NCBI GenBank assembly: GCA_013265495.1
Contig: MU058451.1
Span: 603,023-667,022 of the forward strand
Source: Vicugna vicugna
Taxonomy: Eukaryota
Length of the DNA: 64,000 nucleotides
Direction of reading: 5' to 3'
The translations under genes and the position numbers were made by a program. Within the stretch, counting starts at the first letter, position 1, and every line of letters begins with the position of its first letter. The notes under the pieces are model-generated. The model saw nothing but the letters and a program-made list of their open reading frames with translations. It ran no database searches and was not told where the DNA came from. Below are positions 13,588 to 24,276 of this stretch, one piece after another.

Positions 13588-14088
13588 TATAAATATATAT
13601 AAATACATAAATGGAGTATTACTTAAAAGATTACAATATAGGATAATATTATCATACTATAATAATATATAATATAAAAAAGAATAAGATCTTGCCATTG
13701 TGACATCATGGATGGATCTGGAGGGTATTATGCTTAGTGAAATCAGTCAGACAGAGAAAGACAAATACAATGTGTTTTCACTTATAAGTGGACTCTAAAG
13801 AACAAAACAAATGAATAAATATAACAAATCAGAAATGGACTCAGGTACAAAGAATAAACTAATGATTACCATATGAGGAGTGAAGGGAGGGGGAAATGGA
13901 AGGACATTAAGAGGCACAAATTACCAGTTATAAAATAAATAAATTATGGGGATGTAATGTTACAGCCCAGGGAATATAGTCAATATTTTATAATAACTGT
14001 ATGGTGTGTAATCTGTAAAAATATCAAATCACTATGTTACACACCTGAAACTAATACAGTATTGTAAGTGGACTATATTTCAAAAAAA
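10988..14088 (+). mobile_element. 5'-truncated L1 (ORF2 RT and C-terminus plus 3'UTR), with frameshifts and internal deletions
   Basis: RT motif [10 protein letters not shown] at 12271-12300; ORF 12508-12801 (KDLYSENYK...[12 protein letters not shown]) is typical L1 ORF2p; A7 tail at 14082-14088. Confidence 0.95.
13535..13605. repeat. (TG)n(TA)n microsatellite inside L1
   Basis: Direct dinucleotide runs. Confidence 0.95.
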
Positions 14089-14850
14089 CCTGTCTTTCAC
14101 TCAGCATAATCATTTGAGTTATTCATGTATCAGTAGTTTATTATTTTTAATGATGAGTATTTTATTGTACCACATTTTGTTTATCCATTTGTGCATTGAT
14201 GGGCATTTGAGTTGTGTCCAGTTTTTGGCTTTTCAAATAAAGCTGTTTCAAACATTTGTGTACAAGTCTTTGTATAAACATGTATTTCCTTTCCCTTGAG
14301 TAAATACCTCTGAGTGGAATGGCTGGTTATATGTTTAACATTTTAAGAAACTGACAAACTGCTTTCCAAAACGGTTGTATCATTGTATATTTCTACCAGC
14401 AGTGCATGAGATTTTCAGTTGTTCCATGTCTTTGTCAACACTTGATGTCTTCATTTTGTTGATATTGGATGCTCTGATGTACAGTGATCTCTCATTATGA
14501 TTTTAATTTGGGTCTTATTAATGATGAATGATGATAAGCATCTCTTGATATGCTTATTGCCATCATATCTTCTTTGGTGACGTGTCTGTTCAAATCTTTT
14601 GTTCACTTAAAAATATAGATTGCTTTTTTTCATATTGAATTTTGAGAGTCCTTTATGTATTCTGGATACAAGTCCCTTATCAGATACGTACTTTGTAAAG
14701 GTTTCTCCCAGTCTATGGCTTGTTTTGTCATTCTCTTAACAGAGTCTTTTGAAGAGTTGAAGTTTTTAATTTTGGTGCAGTCCAATTGATCAATTTATTC
14801 TTTTATGGATTATTGTTTTTGTTTCATATCAAAGAAATCTTAGCCTCATC
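14089..14850 (-). mobile_element. Old L1 3' region (L1MC/MD-like)
   Basis: ctttcactcagcataat, gatgggcatttgagttgtgtccagtttttggc, tattctggatacaagtcccttatcaga. Confidence 0.85.
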
Positions 14851-14955
14851 CAGGGATTAGTGAACCTGTAGTCCAAATCTGACCTGATAATTATTTTTAC
14901 ATGGTCTGTGGGTTAAGAGTTTTTCATTAGAAATTTTTATTGAGATAACTGTAGG

Positions 14956-15534
14956 CTCTTCAAAAAGATACATGCACCCCACTGTTCATAGCAGCACTAT
15001 TTACAATAGCCAAGACATGGAAACAACCTAAATATCCATCGACAGATGACTGGATAAAGAAGTTATAGTATATTTATACAATGGAATGCTACTCAGCCAT
15101 AAAAACTGACAACATAACACCATTTGCAGCAACATGGATGCTCCTGGAGAATGTCATTCTAAGTGAAGTAAGCCAGAAAGAGAAAGAAAAATACCATATG
15201 AAATTGCTCAATGTGGAATCTGAAAAAAAAAAAACACAAACAAAGCATAAATACAAAACAGAAATAGACTCATAGACATAGAATACAAACTTGTGGTTGC
15301 CAAGGGGGCGGTGGGTGGGAAGGGATAGACTGGGATTTCAAAATTGTAGAATAGATAAACAAGATTATACTGTATAACACAGGGAAATATATACAAGATC
15401 TTATGGTAGCTCATGGAGAAAAAAATGTGACAATGAATATATATGTTCATGTATAACTGAAAAATTGTGCTCTACACTGAAATTTGACACAACATTGTGA
15501 AATGATTATAAATCAATAAAAAATGTTAAAAAAA
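14956..15534 (+). mobile_element. Young camelid-type L1 3' end
   Basis: ORF 15081-15275 (ECYSAIK...PFAATWMLLENVILSEVSQKEKEKY) is the ORF2 C-terminus; 3'UTR closely resembles 3341-3684; aataaa plus A tail. Confidence 0.92.
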
Positions 15535-15918
15535 AGAAAGAGAAAGAAAAATACCATATAATGTCACTTACATGTGGAATCTAAAAAAAGACAAATGAAC
15601 TCATTTAAAAACAGAAACAGACAGACATAGAAAATAAACTTATGGTTACTGGAGGGGAAGAGGGTGGGAAGGGATAAACTGGGAGTTTGAGATTTGCAAA
15701 TACTAACTAATATACACAATAGATAAACAACAAATTCATACTGTATAGTACAGGGAACTATATTCAGTATGTTATAGTAACTTATGGTGAAAAGGAATAT
15801 GAAAACAAATATATATGTGTTCATGTGTGACTGAAGCATTATGCTGTACACCAGAAATTGACACAACATTGTAAATTTACCATACTTCAATTAAAAAAAA
15901 TACATATAAAAAGAAAAA
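15535..15918 (+). mobile_element. Second L1 3' end of a different (probably older) subfamily
   Basis: 3'UTR resembles the reverse complement of 16790-17150 more than 15200-15534; own A-rich tail followed by TSD agataactgtagg. Confidence 0.9.
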
Positions 15919-16436
15919 AGATAACTGTAGGTTCATGTACAGTTATAACAAACAATAAAGAGGCATCCATGTAAACTTTCTTTAATTTCTCCCAATGGTA
16001 GGTGTTTGCAAAACAGTATAGTTTAATATCACAACAAAAATATTGATATAATCTGCAAACCTTTTTCAGATTTTCACAGTTTTACCTGTACTCATTTGTG
16101 TGGGTAAATGTGTTTTTACATTTTAAACTAGTTAAAAAAATCAAAATAATATTTTTTGACATATTAATATTAAATGAAATTCACATTTCAGTGTCTGTAA
16201 GTAAAGCTTTATTGGTGCATAGCCACATCCTTTCATTTATGATTATCTGTGACTCTGTGATAGCAGAATGGATAGTTGTGACAGAAACCATATGTGGTGA
16301 TCTCTTTGCCTCCCACTGCTGCTCAGTGCACTATAAATTGCAGTGATGCAGTTACAACTTGACAACATTTTGTGTACCACATATCACTGTACCATGGCAT
16401 TATATTTACTGTTTTAATTACAAGGGTATTCCTGTC

Positions 16437-18848
16437 ATGTCACAATAAGAAAGAAGAGAAAACTTGACTTTGAATATAATACTTTTAAGGCGTAGTGGAG
16501 TTTAATGATTTAAATTAATAATTTGTTAAGAAATTAGATGGTAACAGATTTATTTATTGTGAAATGACTCATTAGCTGTGCTGAAAGAATGCAATATACA
16601 TTGACATTAGCATACTATTCATCACAATATTCCCAACTCATAGGAAAGAGGAAAAATTAGAAAATTTAACATGAAATATCTCATCATGGCAAATTTTTTT
16701 TCCCAAAAATAAAAACATGAGGCTGCAACCAAAGTAAGTTTTCAAGTGATCCATTAGTTAGCCAAGCAAGGATTTATTTTCCTTTTTTTTTTTAATTAAA
16801 ATACAGTCAGAATGTGTTAATTTCTGGTATACAGCCTACTATTTCAGTCATACACATACATATATTCATTTTCATATTCTTTTTCATTATAGATTACTAC
16901 AAGATATTGAACATAGTTCCCTGTGCTATATAGAAGAAATCTGTTCTTTTAATCTATTTTATGTGTAGTTGTTAGTATTTGCAAATCTCGAACTTCCAAT
17001 TTATCCCTTCCTACTCTTTCCCCCTGATAACCATAGGTTTGTTAACTATATTTGTGAGTCTGTTTCTGTTTTGTAGATACGTTCATTAGTGTCTTTTTTT
17101 TTTTGATTCCACATGTTAGTGATATTATGTGGTATTTTTCTTTTTCTTTCTGGCTTACTTCACTTGGAATGTTGATCTCCAAATCCACCCATGTTGCTAC
17201 AAATGGCATTATTTTATTTTTTTTTATGGCTAAGTAATAGTCTGTTGTATAAATATACCACAACTTCTTTATCCAGTCATCTGTTGATGGACATTTAGGT
17301 TGTTCCCATGTCTAGGCTATTGTATATAGTGCTGCTATCAACATTTCGGTGCATATATATGTGTTTTTGAATTTGAGTTCCGTTCCATTTATCCATATGT
17401 CTGTTTTTGTGCCGATATCATGCTGTTTGTTTAGTGTAGCTTTGTAGTTTTGTCTGAAGTCTGAGAGGGTTATTCCTCCAGCTTCATTATTTTTCTTTAG
17501 TATTGCCAAGCAAGGATTTGTGATGGTGAATTAATTAAATCTTATTTGTAGCACTTAGAAAGAAGAAATAAGTCCAGAGAAAGCATTTGTTTAAGATTAT
17601 TAGTTGTTTGGCAAAAGTGGTTGCTTGGAGTTGAGGACGTTAGGAGGAACATCAGTAGTCAGTTAAAAAACAAGGCAACTGATTTCAAGTGGGTTTCCTT
17701 GGTTCTTGAAGAGTTGAAAAATACTACTGATATTCCTTAATTGTTATGGTTTATTCAAAGAATTAATACTAAGTTTGAAAGGATAAAGCAGCAGCCCTCT
17801 GAAAAGTCTGCAAGGAGCAACTACCAGTGAGAATGTTTTCAAATAAGTTATGGAAACACTAATTTAGTACAACCTGAGGATGGTATCTGCTAAAATGTGT
17901 TACAAATGATGATAATAAAAACATGAATGAAACAGGAAAGATTTGGTTGAACAAATTAACAAAGCTTTTGAAAATAAAAGTTGTTTTAAGCCTTTGGTTA
18001 TTTGGTGGTACTTTGCAGGAAGTATTTGAATCTGTTATTTGTTTTTGAACCCGCAGTGTTAACAGTGAACTTCATTCACTCGTACGGGTTTAATCATTGT
18101 GAGTTCTGGGAATTTTTGTCAGAAACAGAAGCAGAATATCCTAGCTTGCCCTTGCACACAATGGTTCAATGTTTCAGCAGTGCTAATATTTTACTGTGAT
18201 TTTTTGAGTTCTGGGCTAAGACTGAAATGTTTTTGAAAGTGAAGAACTTTGAATTGTTACTATCAAACACCGAGTGGTTTTGGAAATTAGCTTTTGCTGC
18301 AGCTTAATGAAGTTTATTAATGAATTCAACCCAAAATTATAAGAAAAACAGTGCTTACGTAAGTAACTTATAATGAGGCAGAGTCATTTTGGTTTTTGTT
18401 TTTTGAATCTCTAGTAATGTCAAGCTTCTTTACACTTCCTATACTGTCCAAAGTTAAAATAAGAAATGAGACTTTCATTCCTATACAAATTTATAGCAGG
18501 TATCTGTTTCAGAAGCATTTTTTAGATTATAATGCAAATGCAAAAGAAATTCCATGTTTTAAAATCCATTTAACTGTGCAACTTGGGAGCTTCCACCTAA
18601 TCCTCAATTAGAAGTAATTAATCTGCAATGTAATAATGTGCTGTAAGGAAAATACCAAGAAAATAACTAATGGAATTCCAAAAGTGCCTTCCAAGTGATG
18701 AATATACTCAATTAAAATCATATGGTTATGGATTACTATCAGTATTTGGTAGTACCTATCTCTGTGAAAGACATTTTCAAAGATAAATATCTGTAAAATC
18801 TCATTACAGATCATTATAGATTAGCATTAAAAGATGTACATTTGCAAT
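16437..18848 (+). pseudogene. Disrupted hAT transposase (Cheshire; GTF2IRD2/EPM2AIP1-like family)
   Basis: Translatable remnants SQLKNKATDFKWVSLVLEE (about 17657-17713), CVTNDD (about 17897), VNFIHSYGFNHCEFWEFLSETEAEYP (ORF 18002-18199) and FGSTYLCE (18745-18768, hAT C-terminal motif); many stops and frameshifts. Confidence 0.85.
16776..17504 (-). mobile_element. Camelid-type L1 3' end with internal deletion
   Basis: Perfect 15-bp TSD gccaagcaaggattt at 16761-16775 and 17505-17519; poly-T at left; ORF 17042-17263 is the ORF2 C-terminus. Confidence 0.93.
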
Positions 18849-19352
18849 TTTTTAAATTTATTTTTTATATTAAGATATTATTCACATATAAAATTAATCA
18901 TTTTAAAGTGTATACATAAGTAGTTTTTAGTATTTTCACAAGATTGTACAATTACTATCTAACTCTAGAACATTTACATCAGCACCAAAAGAAACGCCAT
19001 ACCCATTAGCAGTCGCTAATTTGCCCCTTCTTCCAACACTATTTACTTTCTATCTCTATGGATTTGCTTATTCTGAACATTTCATATAAATGAAATCATT
19101 TATGTGACCATTTGGTTTCTTTCACTTAGCATAACGTTTTCAAGGTTCATCCAGTTGTAGCATGTTTTAGTACTTCATTCTTCTGGTTGAATTACATTCC
19201 ATTATATGGATATACCACATTTGTTTATCCACTTATTAGTTGATGGGAACTTTGGCTGTTTCTGCTCTTTTTGTTATTATGAATAATGCTCCTATGATTG
19301 TGGACAAAATTTTGTTTGAACATTGATTTTCAATTCTATTGGGTATATATAT
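18849..19352 (-). mobile_element. L1MB-like 3' end
   Basis: ttcacatataaaattaatcattttaaagtgt ... cccattagcagtc ... ctttcacttagcataacgttttcaaggttcatcc. Confidence 0.85.
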
Positions 19353-19354
19353 GC

Positions 19355-20508
19355 CTCACATGGAATTTTTAATCCCTATCTCCATCTTGCCATCCTTTCT
19401 GATACCTATTCTTCCTTCAGTCTTCTCCTTCTAAGTAAATGGCATCATCATTTAAGGCAGAAACCTAGGGCCATTTGTATTTTATCCCTCTCCCTCAACC
19501 TTCACCACCTTCCTTCAATCCATCAGTAAGATTTGCAAAGTTTGTCTCCAAAATATGTCTTTACTTTTTAAAAAATTGAAGTATAGTTGATTTACAACGT
19601 TGTGTTCGTTTCTCGCGTACATTGAGTTATACAGTGACTGAGTTATATGAGTAGGTCAGACAGAGAAAGACAAATATCATATGATATCACTTATCTATGT
19701 GTAATCTAAAAAAGACACAAATGAACTTATTTCCAAAATACATCTTGAATGTGTTTACATTTCTCCATCTCAGCTGCCATTATCTTAGTCCATCCACCAC
19801 CATCACTTCTTGCATAAACTACAACAGTGGCATCATATTGGTATTTTTTTTCTTGTCTCTTCTCCTTCCAGTCCATTTCCATATACCAATGAGGAGAGCA
19901 GATGATCTCTTAAAAATGTAAATAGGTTATGTTAGTCTTCAGCTTAAAACATTTGACTACTTTCCCAATATATTTATTTATAAATGAAAACCTTTGTGTC
20001 ATGGACTACAAAGACTTACATGCTCTACTCTGCAGTACTTACCTTTATAATGTCAGTGTTCTTCTCTTTGTTCCTGTGTTCCTATGGTCTCCTCTCAGGT
20101 CTTTAGATACCATTCTCTTCTATGTTTTAGCACTTTTGCTCAGGTCATCTACTTGGGATGCTTCTTCATATAATTTTTATATGATTATCTCTTTTTCAGC
20201 TTAAATCCTCAGAAAGTCCTTCCCTGGTTATCCTATCTAAAAATCATTCTCCATCTAAGTATTATTATTTCCTGTTTTAGAGCATTATTTATTTATTTTT
20301 CTTTTGTAGCATCTTTCTTACCTTATAATTACATTCTTTTAATTTAACAATGTGTCTGTTTATTGACTTTCTCTTGCCTAGACTCTAATCTTCACGAGTG
20401 GAGAGATTATGACTTTTATTAACTGTAATAAACCAACACTTAAACTATGACCATTTACCACCATAAACTAGTGTCTGGAACTATTTGTTAAATGAATGAT
20501 TGAATGAA
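19355..20508 (+). mobile_element. L2 3' region
   Basis: agtaaatggcatcatc ... caatccatcagtaag ... ending tatttgttaaatgaatgattgaatgaa. Confidence 0.8.
19562..19731 (-). mobile_element. Very short 5'-inverted L1 3' end
   Basis: Antisense tail segment followed by sense segment (gtcagacagagaaagacaaatatcatatg); TSD tccaaaata(tg/ca)tctt at 19547-19561 and 19732-19746. Confidence 0.8.
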
Positions 20509-21429
20509 CCTATCTAAAGAACCTTAGAGATTCTGGAGAAATCTATGAAATCTGGGGGGCAAATGGCCATATGTATTGGTAGCATTAGATAACATTTGTG
20601 CTGGGTCATGCAGAATACATTTGACAGTCTGCGACTTTCGTTTGCATTAAATTCCTATAGGGAAATGTAACTGGGGATTGAGTGGTCCTAGAGATTGTGC
20701 CATTTTGACATACCTCTGCTAAGTCATTACTAGAGAATTGGGTTACACACTGGCCTATTGACGTGTGTGGTTGCAGTTTGGCAAGGCCAAGTCCATGGCT
20801 GGCCATCTGTGTCTTAGGTCCTTCTTTAGCCCTGGAATGGTGAGACAAAAACACTCCTGTCTTTCTAAAGCTGATGAAGAACAGACTTCTTCCCTGGAAT
20901 GGGGCCGAATGGTAATGCGCCTCCAAGGACTGACTGAGTAAACCTTCAGAGCAAGGTACAGTCAAAGCTGATTAAAATCACACTATTTCATAACACTGCT
21001 TACAGGCAAAGACATACACCAGGAAGCTGTGAAGAAAAAGAGCTGGCTGTCCAACCAGCGGCAGCCTGGATCTGTTCTCTCACCCCTGGAGCTGTTTGTT
21101 TAGCACTGCATGGAAACAGATTTCCTGGTTTGTCTATTACATTTCCAGCTTCCCCTCTGTGTCTGACTTATTGATAAGATGCCTGTGGATGTCTAGGAGT
21201 TTTCCACCTTGAGACTGAAAGTTGAGATAACACTCCTGTTTCTCTGTTGCTTCCTTGAAAGAAAATATTTAATGATATCTTTGGAAAATTGAGAAAAAGA
21301 ATCAGACTTCTTAGAAGTCTTCAGTTTGTTATTAACATCTGAAGAGTTGCCACTCTTTCCCTTGAGAGACTGGACTATATTTCCAGGAAGCTGTCTACTG
21401 GTGTTCTTGTATTCAGTCTTTTCTGAGGG

Positions 21430-21660
21430 GTGATGAAAAGAGTGTTGTTCCTGGAATTTAAAGAAGGGTTCAAATTATGACTCTGTCACTTAACAATTTG
21501 AAGACTTTGGGAAAGTCACTTAACATCTCTGAGCCTCAATTAGGTAAAATGAAAATAACAGCTGCTCTACCTAGCTTGTAGGGTTGTTTTAAGAATCAAA
21601 TAAAATAACGGATGTGAAGGTGCTTTGTATCCTGTAAAGCTCTTTGCAAAGTAAAGTACT
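21430..21660 (+). mobile_element. MIR SINE
   Basis: Core ctttgggaaagtcacttaacatctctgagcctc. Confidence 0.85.
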
Positions 21661-22372
21661 GTTGTCCTTGCCAGGGCTTTTTTTCTCCTTTCGTTAAAGA
21701 AAATGTTGACATTCTCCAATTGTTAGCTAATCATTCCTCTAGGGCCATACTTTTTTTGCAGACAGAGCAGGTGTCAGGCTCTATGATGAGATTTGAAGGA
21801 AAGTGGAGAAGAAACTCTAGGGTCTTTTAAGTGACCTTCCAGCCTTCAAAGAAAGGAAGGCTGGCTCATATAAAAACCTTTTTCTTGTCATGTCTCTTCC
21901 GCCAAGGCCCTTAAGGAAGTACAAATTCTGAGAGAAACCATATACTTGGAAGAATGTCATTAGTATGTACAAATCAAAGGGGGATTATAAATGCATTAAT
22001 TTAATAGACTTAACCCATTGCTTCATTATAAATGAAAACATATATCAACCCGATTTAAAATCAGTTTAGTTCATTGTATTGCATAATATTTTAAATGTCT
22101 TTTTTTCCAAGCAACAGTATTTTGATTAAAAGCAGTCTTATTTTCGTCTCTAAATTTCATCAGGACAGTTTTGATGGTTTAATTATAGCTTGTCCATTTA
22201 TCATAATTGTCATAAAAGATCTTGTCAAAATTATTTCATGTAGTTTGGAAGAACAAGAATATTTGTGTCCATGAGTAATACAAGTAGGAGATTAAGGATT
22301 CTTTTCCTTATATTTGAATTTGCTAATTTTCCCCAAACTATTACACCATTTATATTTGCCTCAAAACTTAGA

Positions 22373-22411
22373 GAAAGCACCGAATCCTAACCACTAGACC
22401 ACTAGGGAGCG
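22373..22411 (-). pseudogene. Tail-less retrocopy of a tRNA-Glu 5' half
   Basis: Minus strand reads cgc-TCCCTAGTGGTCTAGTGGTTAGGATTCGGTGCTTTC, matching the tRNA-Glu 5' end up to the anticodon; perfect 12-bp TSD tcaaaacttaga at 22361-22372 and 22412-22423. Confidence 0.88.
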
Positions 22412-23441
22412 TCAAAACTTAGAAATTAAATTTATGTATTCTATTTTTATAATAATTAATTTAACAATAAATGATATAATAATTTATATTAAGAAAAGAG
22501 GACTAGATTACAATTCTGGCAGCAGGAATATAGGCTAGATAATTACTTTAACTTAATGACTGCCCAGGACAGTTAAATGAACACTTTCAGTACCTAGTGA
22601 AAGTTAGTTTTCCTGAGTAGTAAGTTTAGCTTTAGCAGGAAACATGACTTGTTTTCTTCTATGCCTGCTCCCTACCCCAGATTTAAGATTTTACCTACTC
22701 TTAAAATGCAAACAGAACAGACCCCTCACAAGCCCCCAGCCCCAACACTCATATATACACTGAGAGAGCCAAGTTCCTGAAAAAACTCTGTGGTAGGAAA
22801 ATTTATACTTAAGGAATGTAAAGCATTATCAAATAAATTGGATTAGAAATGTTGAAGTTTTTAGTACGTGAAATAAAGAGAACAGTCAGTAACATTTCAA
22901 CCATTTGATATTAATAATAATGGATACTTTTGCAATTAATTTCCATCAATCACTGCTTGCTTCTTAGAAAATTTTCAGGATCTCTATCTGCTAGTTTCAG
23001 TGAAATTTAAAGAAGTGTTCAGTTTGCCTAATAGGAGATAAAACATATATTTCTTTTGTGTCTGATGCCCTGTCTGGATGCCTTTTGAATTTTATGATCC
23101 TGAACTTTTGACTCCAGCTTTCCAGACTGTGGTCCCAGAAATACAGCATAATGTAGGGACCTCACATTTATCACACTTTGGGTAGCCTTTTTTTTTTTTT
23201 TAATATGTTTGACCTAAGTAAGTAGATATTTCCTAAATTATGTCCTCAACCCAAGAGTCTATATCTTGGCTTTAATCATTGCAATTTGCATAAAACATGT
23301 CATCAACTCTAATGTGTAGCTCAACTTCCTCCCTCCTTACAGAAGTAGAGTGTAATTCCAAGGTTACTTTTCCACAGCTTCCTTTGTCTCTGGGGATGGG
23401 CCAGTGCAGAAATTTCTGTTCTGCAATCTACTCTGTCTTTT

Positions 23442-24276
23442 CTATTTCCAATCAAGACTAGTTTTTTTTTTTCCAATTATCGCTGATAAGAATGGCATAA
23501 TTTAGGTACTCAGGAACTCAAATTCTCATGGTTGCTAAAAAAAGTATACAGGAGACTAGGATTTCTTTTAGGAGAAGATTGCTGCTGGAAAAACATTCTT
23601 GTGCTTGGGTGGAGATATTTTTGTTTAGTATTTTAAAATATTTTCCTGTCTCCGTGAGGTAGGTTTATGAGATTGTCCCCTGAGAGAAGTTTTGGATGGC
23701 AATGGGAAAGAAAGGTTGAGTCCTTGGCCAAGTGGACGGGGGTTTATTTAAAGGAGCTGGGATGATGCTGAAGGGCACTAGGAAAGCTGAAGATAAAATT
23801 TGCCCATCTCATTACTTTGCCTAAAATGGAAATAAAGTCTCCATTCTCCAAGAACTTACTATTTCCAATCAAGACTAGTTTTTTTTTTTTTCCAATTATC
23901 GCTGATAAGAATGGCATAATTTAGGTACTCAGGAACTCAAATTCTCATGGTTACTAAAAAAAGTATACAGGAGACTAGGATTTCTTTTAGGAGAAGATTG
24001 CTGCTGGAAAAACATTCTTGTGCTTGGGTGGAGATATTTTTGTTTAGTATTTTAAAATATTTTCCTGTCTCCGTGAGGTAGGTTTATGAGATTGTCCCCT
24101 GAGAGAAGTTTTGGATGGCAATGGGAAAGAAAGGTTGAGTCCTTGGCCAAGTGGACGGGGGTTTATTTAAAGGAGCTGGGATGATGCTGAAGGGCACTAG
24201 GAAAGCTGAAGATAAAATTTGCCCATCTCATTACTTTGCCTAAAATGGAAATAAAGTCTCCATTCTCCAAGAACTT
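23442..24276. repeat. Near-identical direct tandem duplication, about 417-bp unit
   Basis: Copy 1 is 23442-23857 and copy 2 is 23859-24276; differences seen are T11 vs T13 and G23534 vs A23953. Confidence 0.97.

Larger units (their letters stand above)
14933..16105 (-). mobile_element. L1MC-like extreme 3' end inserted in the hAT element and itself interrupted
   Basis: ttttattgagataactgtagg|ttcatgtacagttataacaaacaataaagagg ... tttctcccaatggt ... cagttttacctgtactcatttgtgtg. Confidence 0.75.
14851..18848 (+). mobile_element. Autonomous-type hAT-Charlie DNA transposon fossil (Cheshire-like), right end missing, with nested L1s
   Basis: TIR-like start cagggattagtgaac; MER58B-like subterminal sequence 14851-14925 and about 16108-16290; decayed transposase 16437-18848. 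Confidence 0.85.

Noticed and set aside
16437..18848. Domesticated transposase gene (GTF2IRD2/EPM2AIP1/ZBED-like)
   Set aside because: Numerous stops and frameshifts, an L1 insertion, and an altered putative catalytic acidic residue; it is a dead fossil.
20778..20790. NFI palindrome ttggcaaggccaa
   Set aside because: Spacer is 3 bp rather than the canonical 5 bp.
20606..20965. 119-aa ORF in unique sequence
   Set aside because: Non-ATG start and no recognisable protein similarity; the region may be regulatory but I have no evidence of coding.
23442..24276. LTR pair or CRISPR-like array
   Set aside because: Only two abutting copies, with no internal region, no TG...CA termini and no spacers; the DNA is mammalian.
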